From an uncultured Verrucomicrobiales bacterium (GTDB lineage Bacteria; Verrucomicrobiota; Verrucomicrobiia; Verrucomicrobiales; DEV007), in assembly GCA_938091905.1 (NCBI GenBank), contig CALKOM010000031.1, positions 1 to 36,728 on the forward strand: a DNA stretch of 36,728 nucleotides, given 5' to 3'. Position numbers and translations under genes: made by a program. Shown here piece after piece: positions 22,825 through 31,224 of this stretch. Position 1 is the first letter of the stretch. The number at the start of each line of letters is the position of its first letter. A model generated the notes under the pieces. That model ran no database searches and was not told the DNA's origin. It saw only the letters and a list, made by a program, of their open reading frames with translations.

Positions 22825-25332
22825 ATGCATGTTCCAACGTTTCTTGCTCTCGCCTTTTCTTTAAGCTGCTGTTCGCATTTAGGTGCGGTCGAGTTGGTCG
22901 AATCTCTCAGCCTCGGCGTAAAGAATCCTGTCAAGATCTCTATATCAGCCCCTCCGGGTGGATTGGTTGCTGATGCCGAACTTGGCATGTTGCGTCACGA
23001 ATCACTCACTGGTCAGGTCGTGCATTCGGCTAAGAGCGGTGTCCGGGGGCTTTTTGAGACGCGAGCCGTGCGGACGCCGAAGGGGGATCTGCTGCTCATG
23101 TTTCCGGAGGGCGATCATTATGCCGCAGGCTCAGGCAAGGTGAATGATTTCATAGCCTATCGCTCCAAAGACAACGGCAAGACTTGGAGAGGTCCTAGCA
23201 TTGCGTTTGATATCAACTATAGTCAACACGGGTTCATTCCGCTCATCCCAAAAGGGAGCAAACGCATTTATGCCTTTGGCACACAGCCGATCCCGTCGGC
23301 ATACAGCCGAGAGAAAGGGAAGCACGAGAATACGCCTATCGGGTTCCGGTGGTCTGATGATGATGGATACACCTGGAGTGATGCGACTTTGATCAAGCCA
23401 GAGAATGATCCCGGATTTCTTGGAATGTCCGTCACACGCATGTGTGAGACGGATCGTGGAAGCTGGATTCTAGGCTCGCACGCCGCAGATTGGTCGAAGA
23501 ACCCTCTAACCACGCAGCAGTACCTTCTACGAAGTACTGACAAGGGAGAAACATGGACATTGTTGCCTAACAAACGTCCTAATGGCTGGTTCTCGTCCGA
23601 ATTCAAACGTATGGACGAGGGGCGTCCGATTGCTTTGGGAAATGGCGAGGTCTTCTTCATGGGGCGGACCCCGACAGGCCGGATCTGGACCTCGCGTAGC
23701 TTTAACGACGGTGCCACTTGGCGAGATCCCAAGCCTTCCGAACTGGTGCATCCGGATGCTCCGCCGATGGTTTATCATTTGAGCGATAAGAAAACCTTGA
23801 TCACGTTCATCCACAATCGCCACATGGGCACTGAATACTTGGGGCTTACCGGCAAGATGGACGGCATGAAGGATCGGTCGGAGATCTGGATTGCTCTCTC
23901 CAAGGATGGCGGTCGCGGTTGGAGCGAGCCGCAGTTTCTCTTAGCCAATGCCAGTGTGCCTGATCCAAAGAAGAATGGCTGGTTCAACCACCAAGTCTCC
24001 TATTTGGACGCGGTGATCGATGATGGCACCATCCATCTCTTCTGCCCGCACTTGTGGAACCGAGCGGTTTACTTGCAGATTCAGGAAAGCGCCCTCGCCG
24101 CTCTACCGACCGCAGCGCAATTTACAGCGACTACAGCGAGTCCTCAGGATTTCAATCAAGATTGGACCGGCTGGCTAGGGCCGGAGCGCAATGCCCGAGT
24201 CGCCGGTGCGGCATTTCCTGCGAACTGGAATGGCGAACTGGAGCAAGTTTGGAAGGTGGAAGTTGGAACTGGGCACGGGACGCCGATCGTTGTTGGTGAG
24301 CATGTATGGCAGCATGCTCGTCTAAACGGGTCGGAGGTGGTGACCTGCTTGAAATTGGCTACTGGCAAACAGGTCTGGCAAGAGGGAAAGCCCGTTGCGT
24401 TCAAGATTGGAGGCGGTGGCGAGCTTCATGGCAAGGGGCCCAAATCCAGTCCGGTTTATGCTGACGGGCGCATCTTTACGAAGAGTATCACGGGTGTGCT
24501 TACGGCACGTGATGCGATGACTGGCAAACTGCTCTGGCAGAAAGACTATCGAAGGCAATTCAGACCCAATCAACCTTATTGGGGGGTGAGTGTGTCACCC
24601 TTGGTCGATGGGGACCAAGTGGTCACCTATCTTGGAAATGATAAGGAAGGTAGCTTGTTCGCTTTTGATGCGGCAACGGGGGATTTCGTTTGGCGACTTG
24701 GTGAGGATGCCACGGCTTATTCGTCGCCAATAGTCGTCGAGATAGAAGGTGTGCGACAGATCGTGCATTGGAACCGAGAAGATCTCATTGGAGTGGAAAG
24801 CCAGACAGGTAAACTATTATGGAAGTTTCATTGGCCGTATCGTGGAAATAATCAGAACACGGCAACGCCAACCTATCACAATGGATTTGTCATTGTTGGT
24901 GGAGAAGGCCGGGGGATTAAGAGTATTGAACCAAAGCGTGTTGGGGATCGCTGGATTGTGAGTGAGAGCTGGCATCAAAAGGAAGTCTCTTTGGACACAA
25001 GTAGCACGATTCAACACGAGGGGCGTCTATACGGGATCTCGGAGTACAAGCGAGGTCAGTTCTTCTGTCTGGACCCCAAGAGAGGCAAGGTGCTCTGGCT
25101 GACGCAAGGGCGCGAAGGAGATCACGCCTCCTTTCTTTCCGTAGGAGACCGGTTGTTAGCCTTAACGACCGGCGGAATGCTGAAGGTCTTGAAAGGGAAC
25201 TCTGAAGCGTATGACGAAGAGCGAGAGGTGGAGGTTGCTGACGGTAGCACGTGGGCACCGCCGGTGTTCTTGCGGGACGGCTTGCTCATCAAGACTGAGA
25301 ACGAGCTGATTCGTTGGAGGTTTTCCAATTGA
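22825..25332 (+). CDS. Exported BNR/Asp-box (sialidase-fold) domain fused to a PQQ-like beta-propeller
   Basis: Signal peptide MHVPTFLALAFSLSCCSHLGA. Five Asp boxes (SKDNGKTW, SDDDGYTW, STDKGETW, SFNDGATW, SKDGGRGW), then DWTGWLGPERN, SPLVDGD, AYSSPIV and TWAPPVF. Confidence 0.88.
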   Translation: MHVPTFLALAFSLSCCSHLGAVELVESLSLGVKNPVKISISAPPGGLVADAELGMLRHESLTGQVVHSAKSGVRGLFETRAVRTPKGDLLLMFPEGDHYAAGSGKVNDFIAYRSKDNGKTWRGPSIAFDINYSQHGFIPLIPKGSKRIYAFGTQPIPSAYSREKGKHENTPIGFRWSDDDGYTWSDATLIKPENDPGFLGMSVTRMCETDRGSWILGSHAADWSKNPLTTQQYLLRSTDKGETWTLLPNKRPNGWFSSEFKRMDEGRPIALGNGEVFFMGRTPTGRIWTSRSFNDGATWRDPKPSELVHPDAPPMVYHLSDKKTLITFIHNRHMGTEYLGLTGKMDGMKDRSEIWIALSKDGGRGWSEPQFLLANASVPDPKKNGWFNHQVSYLDAVIDDGTIHLFCPHLWNRAVYLQIQESALAALPTAAQFTATTASPQDFNQDWTGWLGPERNARVAGAAFPANWNGELEQVWKVEVGTGHGTPIVVGEHVWQHARLNGSEVVTCLKLATGKQVWQEGKPVAFKIGGGGELHGKGPKSSPVYADGRIFTKSITGVLTARDAMTGKLLWQKDYRRQFRPNQPYWGVSVSPLVDGDQVVTYLGNDKEGSLFAFDAATGDFVWRLGEDATAYSSPIVVEIEGVRQIVHWNREDLIGVESQTGKLLWKFHWPYRGNNQNTATPTYHNGFVIVGGEGRGIKSIEPKRVGDRWIVSESWHQKEVSLDTSSTIQHEGRLYGISEYKRGQFFCLDPKRGKVLWLTQGREGDHASFLSVGDRLLALTTGGMLKVLKGNSEAYDEEREVEVADGSTWAPPVFLRDGLLIKTENELIRWRFSN

Positions 25333-26699
25333 TTCTTCCCCGTTTTTTTCTCATCGCCATAGTGGCGATTTCATCTGGATTTGGGCAGGAAAAACCTAAC
25401 ATCCTCTTTATCTATCTCGATGACTTCGGCTGGCGAGATACCGGTTTTATGGGCTCGGATTATTATGAAACGCCGAATCTAGATCGTCTTGCTAAGGAAA
25501 GTCTCGTCTTTACGGACGCTTATTCGGCTGCGGCCAACTGTGCCCCTGCTAGGGCGTGCCTGCTTTCCGGCCAGTACACGCCGAGGCATGAGGTCTACAA
25601 TGTGGGAACGAAGCCACGTGGCAAGGCGAAGGATCGCAAGCTTGGGCATGTTCCTGGGGTGGATGTCCTCGATCCAAAGATTCGGACGTGGGCCCACCGG
25701 ATCCAGAACGCGGGCTACACGACGGGAACCTTTGGCAAGTGGCATCTCAGTGGGGATCCGTTGCCGTATGGATTTGATGTCAACGTCGGCGGCGATCACC
25801 GTGGAAGCCCTCCCCGTGGCTACTACCCTCCCCATCCCAATGCCGTTGGATTGAGCGATGCGTCCAAGGATGAGTACCTCACAGATCGACTCACGGATGA
25901 AGTGGACGGGTTCATTCGCGCGAATCAAGGCAAGCCATGGCTTGCCTATCTCACCCACTTTGCGGTCCACACGCCGATTCAGGCGAAGAAGGAACTTCTG
26001 GCGGAGTATGAAGGTAAGCGGGCAGGGCATCTTCATGACAATGCGAAGATGGCGACGATGATTCAAGCCGTTGATGACGGTGTGAGGAAACTGTTGAGAA
26101 CTCTGAAAGAACTCAAACTGACGGAGAAGACGATCATTGTGTTCTATTCTGACAATGGCGGCTATGGACCCGGGACGGACATGGATCCTTTGAAAGGTTA
26201 CAAAGGGACTTACTACGAGGGGGGGATTCGCGTGCCGTTCTTCGTTCACTGGCCGGGTGTCGTTCAGGCCGGCTGGAGTGCTGAGCCTATCACTGGTGTC
26301 GATCTCTATCCTACGTTGTGTGCCATGGTTGGTGCTGAGTTGCCTCAGCAACCTCTTGATGGAAAGAGTTTGGTGCCTTTACTCAGAGGGGACGTCGATT
26401 CGTTAGGCGAACGCGCTCTTTACTGGCACTTTCCCGCCTATCTCCAATCGTATCGAGGTATGGTCGATGAACAGCGTGATCCGCTCTTTCGCAGCCGCCC
26501 GTGTAGTATCATGAGGAAGGGGCCCTGGAAGTTACACCACTACTTTGAGGATGATGCTCTGGAACTCTATCACTTGGCCAATGATATTGGTGAAATGAAT
26601 GATCTTGCGAAGGCGGAAGGCCGGCGTGCTCAATCGATGCTCGGCGAACTGAATCAATGGCGGGAAGCGATCAATGCGCCTATCCCTTCTCTGAAGTAG
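25329..26699 (+). CDS. Formylglycine-dependent (family S1) sulfatase, exported
   Basis: KPNILFIYLDDFGW, ETPNLDRLA, CAPARACLLSG (CxPxR), GKWHL, SDNGG and YEGGIRVP. Probable TTG start overlapping the upstream TGA. Confidence 0.95.
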   Translation: MILPRFFLIAIVAISSGFGQEKPNILFIYLDDFGWRDTGFMGSDYYETPNLDRLAKESLVFTDAYSAAANCAPARACLLSGQYTPRHEVYNVGTKPRGKAKDRKLGHVPGVDVLDPKIRTWAHRIQNAGYTTGTFGKWHLSGDPLPYGFDVNVGGDHRGSPPRGYYPPHPNAVGLSDASKDEYLTDRLTDEVDGFIRANQGKPWLAYLTHFAVHTPIQAKKELLAEYEGKRAGHLHDNAKMATMIQAVDDGVRKLLRTLKELKLTEKTIIVFYSDNGGYGPGTDMDPLKGYKGTYYEGGIRVPFFVHWPGVVQAGWSAEPITGVDLYPTLCAMVGAELPQQPLDGKSLVPLLRGDVDSLGERALYWHFPAYLQSYRGMVDEQRDPLFRSRPCSIMRKGPWKLHHYFEDDALELYHLANDIGEMNDLAKAEGRRAQSMLGELNQWREAINAPIPSLK

Positions 26700-26704
26700 T
26701 CAAC

Positions 26705-29700
26705 TTAGAACGCTCGGACTGGCCAGAGGCGGGCCGTGAAGTCGCGAGAGGTCGAGCCGAGCCAGTCGCCGTCCGGGCTGAAAGTGAGTGACGTCACGGG
26801 TTTAGTGTGGCCTTCGAGTGTTCTGATCAATTCGCCGGTCGAAGCGTCCCAGACCTTGATCGTCTTGTCTTCCGACGCCGTGGCAACCTGCCCATTTGAA
26901 GGGTGAAAGGTAACGGCTTTGATCATCGATTGATGGCCGCTCAGTTCCCTTACGACTTCACCACTGTCACTGCTACAGAGGTAGGCAATGTTGGAATCGG
27001 TCAGGAAAGCGACGTGTTTGCCATCCGGTGAAATGGCACTGTGCCTAATGTCAGTGCTGGGTCCGCGAACGAAGAAGCGTGTTCTCATGTCGCCGGTTGC
27101 GAGACTCCATATGCCGGCCCTCCCACTCGATGCGAGGAGGACTTCTTTGCCTCCAGGAAGAAAGTCGACGCGCTGAATATGGAAACTTTTTTCAAAACGA
27201 AACAATTCGTTCCCTGAAGATGTTTCCCAAAGTCGCGTCTCGCGGCGATCAGCACTCACAAGGTAGCTGCCATCGTCTGAGAACCCGACCATTTGGACGG
27301 TGCCCTCGTGGCCTTGAAGTTCATGGATCTCTTCGCCTGTTTCGGTGTCCCACAGCCACACGGAGGTAGGGCCTTCCGCAAGTTCGTTGTTACCGTGATT
27401 CCCCGATTTCGCAAAGGATCGGAACACGGTCGTGAGTTTAAGTTGCTCATGTTGCCCGGCGGCGACGACACCTCCATCGGGGCTCAGATCCACGCTCGCG
27501 ATGCCTTTGTTTTTCTTGGGGAATGCATGTTCAAGTTGAGCGCTCTCGACATTCCAGATCCGAAGGGGTGCATAAGGGGGATCGATCTTCAGGCCGCCGA
27601 AACCCAGCACGGAATTGCGGTCGACCTTCGCCTTGGACTCCTCGGTGAAGGCGACGAGTTTCGAGCTGTCTGGGGAGAGACGAGCGAAGAGCGTTTCGTC
27701 AGTAAACTGCTGTCTCAGGTCAGCGTCTTTGACTTCTGGTAGACCCGTAAACGCGCGCACTCCGGTAGCATTCTCAGGATTCCAAACCTTTGCCTCGCCA
27801 TCACGGTCTCTGGTCACGACATGGGTGCTATCCTCCGAAAACTCAATGCCCAAGACGACCGCCTCGTGATTGAGAACTCTGGAAAGGTAGTCCATCGACG
27901 CCGCATCCCAGAGGCAGACGTTCCCGTCTTCTGAAGCGGTGGCGACTCTCAGCCCATCTGGGCTGAAGTGAGCTCGGTAGACTTTCTTCGTATGACCCTT
28001 TAGGACGGAGATGCAGATCCCAGAACTCACGCTCCAAACCCGCGCGGACCCGTCCGCCGAGGCCGTCACTAATAGACGCGAGTCTGGACTGAACTCCGTC
28101 CACAATACCGGCTGGTCGTGCCCCTGTAGCTTGGTCAATCGCTCTCCAGTTTGTCCATTCCAAATGATGGTGGTATTGTCAGCTCCCGCGGTTGCGATTC
28201 GGTGTCCATTTGGGGAGAAGGCTGCCATGTAGGCGCTATGGGAGTGTCCCTTGAGTCGCGCAATCAAGTTGCCGTTTTGTGCATTCCATAGGCAATTGTT
28301 TTCGGGGTCTTCTCCTGTGGTGACAATGCGTGTCCCGTCTGGACTGAATCGTGCTGTGGACCGACTACTGCCGAGATGACTGAGAATGGGGAGCCTACCC
28401 AAGCCATTGCGAGCTTGCGTTGGTAGCGATACCAGAAGTTTTCCGCTAGGAACTTCTAACACATGCGCGAGAGAAGATTCCTTGACCGTTTGGGATGAGC
28501 CGCCACGAGTGTGTGGGGTCATCGTCATCTGGTAAGCGTTTCCTTCCGATGACGTCACGATGGACTTCGAATCGGAGCTGAAGTGCAAGCCCTCGATCGC
28601 TCCCTCGTGAGCCTGGTAGCTTCCCCGCTTGGTGCCTGTGGCTCTCTCGTAGATCGTGACGACGCCATCCCAATTGGCTGTGGCGATCCAGTTTCCGTCT
28701 GGACTGAGCTTGGCTGAGGAGATCTGCGTCGAACCCTCGATGGCTAAGATTTCTTTGCCCTTGGCGGGATCCCAAAGTCTTGCTGTTTGATCACCATAAT
28801 CGTGGGAAGTGTAACGGAAGATTCTTGCGCCGTTTGGATTGAGGTGAGGGAAATGAGCCTGAGTGTCGTAAGAAAATGTCAGTATTTCCTTTCCAGAACT
28901 ACTATAAACTGCCTCGGCCACCAAACCTTCGTGGGCCTGAACCTTCTGGCTAAGCCCGCCGTCTACCCCGGTGAACACTCGCCAATAGCCATCCTTGCAT
29001 GCGGTCAAGAGATCCGTTCCATTGGGAGCGAAGGCCACGGATAGCGCCTCCTCTTCGTGCGGTAAGATCAGTTTTGGAGTGTGTCGAGGTGCCCTGGCAC
29101 TGATTTCGGCACGCTGTAATTCCTGTGCCGTTGCTAGGGCGTCTCTGGTTTGCTCCAACTGCCACCAAACGGACAAGAAGCCGATCAGAGCGACCGCGGC
29201 AATCGCGGCCGATAGAGCACTGGTGAGGGGGTTTCGTTTCACCCATTTGCGAGTGGCCTCCGTTTTACTGATTGGGCGCGCCAGAATCGGCATGCCAGAG
29301 CAGAAGCGTTCTAGCTCGGCAATCAGATCTTCTGCGGATTGGTAGCGAGAGTGAGGAGACTTATTGAGGCACTTGAGACAAATCGTATTGAGGTCTTCGG
29401 AGATGGATGGGTTGAGCGCTCTGGGGGGGACTGGTTCGCGGGAACTCACCTGCTCAAGAGTTTTCATTGGAGTTGCGGCCTGAAACGGTGGTCGGCCCGT
29501 GAGTAACGCATAGAGGATCGCTCCAAGAGAATAAATGTCAGAGGCCTCTCGAGTATCTGCCGTTGCTCCCGATGCCTGCTCGGGCGACATGTAAGAAGGG
29601 CTCCCCATGATCACACCCGTGATCGTCAATTGGCTGTCGCAATCCAAGCGTTTGGCAATTCCGAAGTCGCTGACATGGGGATTGCCGTCCGCATCCATGA

Positions 29701-30226
29701 GGATGTTCTGCGGTTTGAGATCGCGGTGAATGATTCCTTCACTGTGAGCGTAGGCTACGGCAATGGTGATCTCCTTGATGAGATGGGCAGCCTGCATGTC
29801 TTCCATGGGCTGACCTTTCTGCCAGGACTCAAGGTCACCTCCTGCCACGAAGTCCATGGCAAAGAAATGGTTTCCGTCTTCTGCACCGACCTGATGAATG
29901 GCAACGATACCAGGGTGGCGCAGATTGGCCGCGGCCTCAGCTTCGGCCTGAAAGCGTTTCAGTTCACGATCGTCAGCGAACCGGCCGCCATGTATCATCT
30001 TGATGGCCACGGTTCGATTCAGATCTTCTTGGTAGGCCTTATAGACCACGCCCATGCCTCCGCGGGCGATCTCCTCAACCAAGGTGAAGTTTCCGATTTG
30101 TCCTAGGCTCTCCTTGGGAAAGGGGACCTCCTCAACGGGATCATTCTCCAGTAAGCATTTGGGGCACACCGACTCGGGCGCACCGGTCGGAATTTCGTTT
30201 TTGCATTTGGGGCATGAATTTATCAT
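26705..30226 (-). CDS. Hanks-type Ser/Thr protein kinase with N-terminal zinc ribbon, TM helix and C-terminal WD40 repeats
   Basis: CPKC...CPKC, ARGGMGVVY, VAIK, HRDLKPQN, DFG and YMSPEQ. A TM segment (ALSAAIAAVALIGFLSVWW) is followed by many GH...FSPDG...TAS.D.T..WD repeats. Confidence 0.96.
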   Translation of the reverse strand: MINSCPKCKNEIPTGAPESVCPKCLLENDPVEEVPFPKESLGQIGNFTLVEEIARGGMGVVYKAYQEDLNRTVAIKMIHGGRFADDRELKRFQAEAEAAANLRHPGIVAIHQVGAEDGNHFFAMDFVAGGDLESWQKGQPMEDMQAAHLIKEITIAVAYAHSEGIIHRDLKPQNILMDADGNPHVSDFGIAKRLDCDSQLTITGVIMGSPSYMSPEQASGATADTREASDIYSLGAILYALLTGRPPFQAATPMKTLEQVSSREPVPPRALNPSISEDLNTICLKCLNKSPHSRYQSAEDLIAELERFCSGMPILARPISKTEATRKWVKRNPLTSALSAAIAAVALIGFLSVWWQLEQTRDALATAQELQRAEISARAPRHTPKLILPHEEEALSVAFAPNGTDLLTACKDGYWRVFTGVDGGLSQKVQAHEGLVAEAVYSSSGKEILTFSYDTQAHFPHLNPNGARIFRYTSHDYGDQTARLWDPAKGKEILAIEGSTQISSAKLSPDGNWIATANWDGVVTIYERATGTKRGSYQAHEGAIEGLHFSSDSKSIVTSSEGNAYQMTMTPHTRGGSSQTVKESSLAHVLEVPSGKLLVSLPTQARNGLGRLPILSHLGSSRSTARFSPDGTRIVTTGEDPENNCLWNAQNGNLIARLKGHSHSAYMAAFSPNGHRIATAGADNTTIIWNGQTGERLTKLQGHDQPVLWTEFSPDSRLLVTASADGSARVWSVSSGICISVLKGHTKKVYRAHFSPDGLRVATASEDGNVCLWDAASMDYLSRVLNHEAVVLGIEFSEDSTHVVTRDRDGEAKVWNPENATGVRAFTGLPEVKDADLRQQFTDETLFARLSPDSSKLVAFTEESKAKVDRNSVLGFGGLKIDPPYAPLRIWNVESAQLEHAFPKKNKGIASVDLSPDGGVVAAGQHEQLKLTTVFRSFAKSGNHGNNELAEGPTSVWLWDTETGEEIHELQGHEGTVQMVGFSDDGSYLVSADRRETRLWETSSGNELFRFEKSFHIQRVDFLPGGKEVLLASSGRAGIWSLATGDMRTRFFVRGPSTDIRHSAISPDGKHVAFLTDSNIAYLCSSDSGEVVRELSGHQSMIKAVTFHPSNGQVATASEDKTIKVWDASTGELIRTLEGHTKPVTSLTFSPDGDWLGSTSRDFTARLWPVRAF

Positions 30227-30282
30227 ATCGATTGTTTCTTTGCCCTTTACTCAGGAAAACTTGGACGAGGGTAACAGGAAAT

Positions 30283-31017
30283 CTAAAACACTTTCTTCAT
30301 GAGGCCTTTGAGGTAGGCGAGTTCTTCTGGAACGTCGTCGCGTCTCTCGACCGTTTCAGAGACGACTCCATGTAGGCCTAGACTGAGAGCCTTGCGCATG
30401 CGTGAGGCTTTCATTTTAAAGGCGTCTTCGGTCACGCCTAGCCGTTTGGCGAGGACGTTTAGATCTGTGGTTCCTCCTTTCCCAGAAATGTAACCGAAGA
30501 CTTGCTCGTGTTCGTCCAGTTGGCCGCGGGCCTCGGCCTTGTTTCGTAACCGTTTCAGGGCTTCCTCTAGGACGGTCATTGCCCAGCGTCGGTCGAACTC
30601 CTCGGTGGGATCGTCCATGCCGACGTCAACCAAGCTGTCCTCAATCAGGTGGATATCGAGTTCAATCTGGGGCGTTCGTCCTCCTCGCTTGATTGCTTTC
30701 TCCTTGGCCTTGTTGTTCGAGAGGAAGTTTTTTAGTGCTCCGAGGAGGAAATTACGAAACCTCCCGCGGTTCTTATCCGCGCGATTGAAGAACTCTCGTT
30801 TCTGAATGAGATGATGAAAGAGTCCTTGGACGAGATCTTGGCTGTCCTGCGGTTGATGTCCTTGGCGGCGCAGAAATGTGTAGAGTGGTTTCCAATAAAG
30901 GTGACACAGCGCTTCGAGAGCCTGGTCAGAATGCGAGCTCTTTACGTTACCTGCGTCGATTACGAGGCTCCAGTGAGTGGTTCGGAAAGGCTCATAGTTC
31001 TCGGTAGAGGATCCCAT
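30283..31017 (-). CDS. ECF sigma factor of the Ser/Thr-kinase-associated type
   Basis: FRTTHWSLV, ALEALCHLYWKPLYTFLRR, DSQDLVQG, GRFRNFL, FDRRWA and a C-terminal HTH. Lies immediately upstream of the kinase with no anti-sigma gene. Confidence 0.9.
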   Translation of the reverse strand: MGSSTENYEPFRTTHWSLVIDAGNVKSSHSDQALEALCHLYWKPLYTFLRRQGHQPQDSQDLVQGLFHHLIQKREFFNRADKNRGRFRNFLLGALKNFLSNNKAKEKAIKRGGRTPQIELDIHLIEDSLVDVGMDDPTEEFDRRWAMTVLEEALKRLRNKAEARGQLDEHEQVFGYISGKGGTTDLNVLAKRLGVTEDAFKMKASRMRKALSLGLHGVVSETVERRDDVPEELAYLKGLMKKVF

Positions 31018-31024
31018 GGTCTCA

Positions 31025-31053
31025 AGTGTGCTCTTTCTTGCTTGTTCTGGCAA
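31025..31053 (-). promoter_or_regulatory. Putative sigma70 promoter giving a leaderless ECF transcript
   Basis: Minus strand TTGCCA-17 nt-CACACT-7 nt-ATG (31017). Confidence 0.55.
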
Positions 31054-31224
31054 GGCACCGAGAGTGCATTCGGATGGCGATCTGGATCTCCGCTTGAGGC
31101 AATCTCCTAATGCCGACTGATCTCAACTCAAGGCAAGTGAGTGCCACGCTTGCCGCTGCCCTCGGCCAGAATGCAATGTTTGCAATGAGTAGGCGAGTGG
31201 ACGTTAGAATCGTTGCCTCATAAA

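Noticed and set aside
25479..26351. 290-aa antisense ORF
   Set aside because: It lies wholly opposite the sulfatase and has no protein-like motifs.
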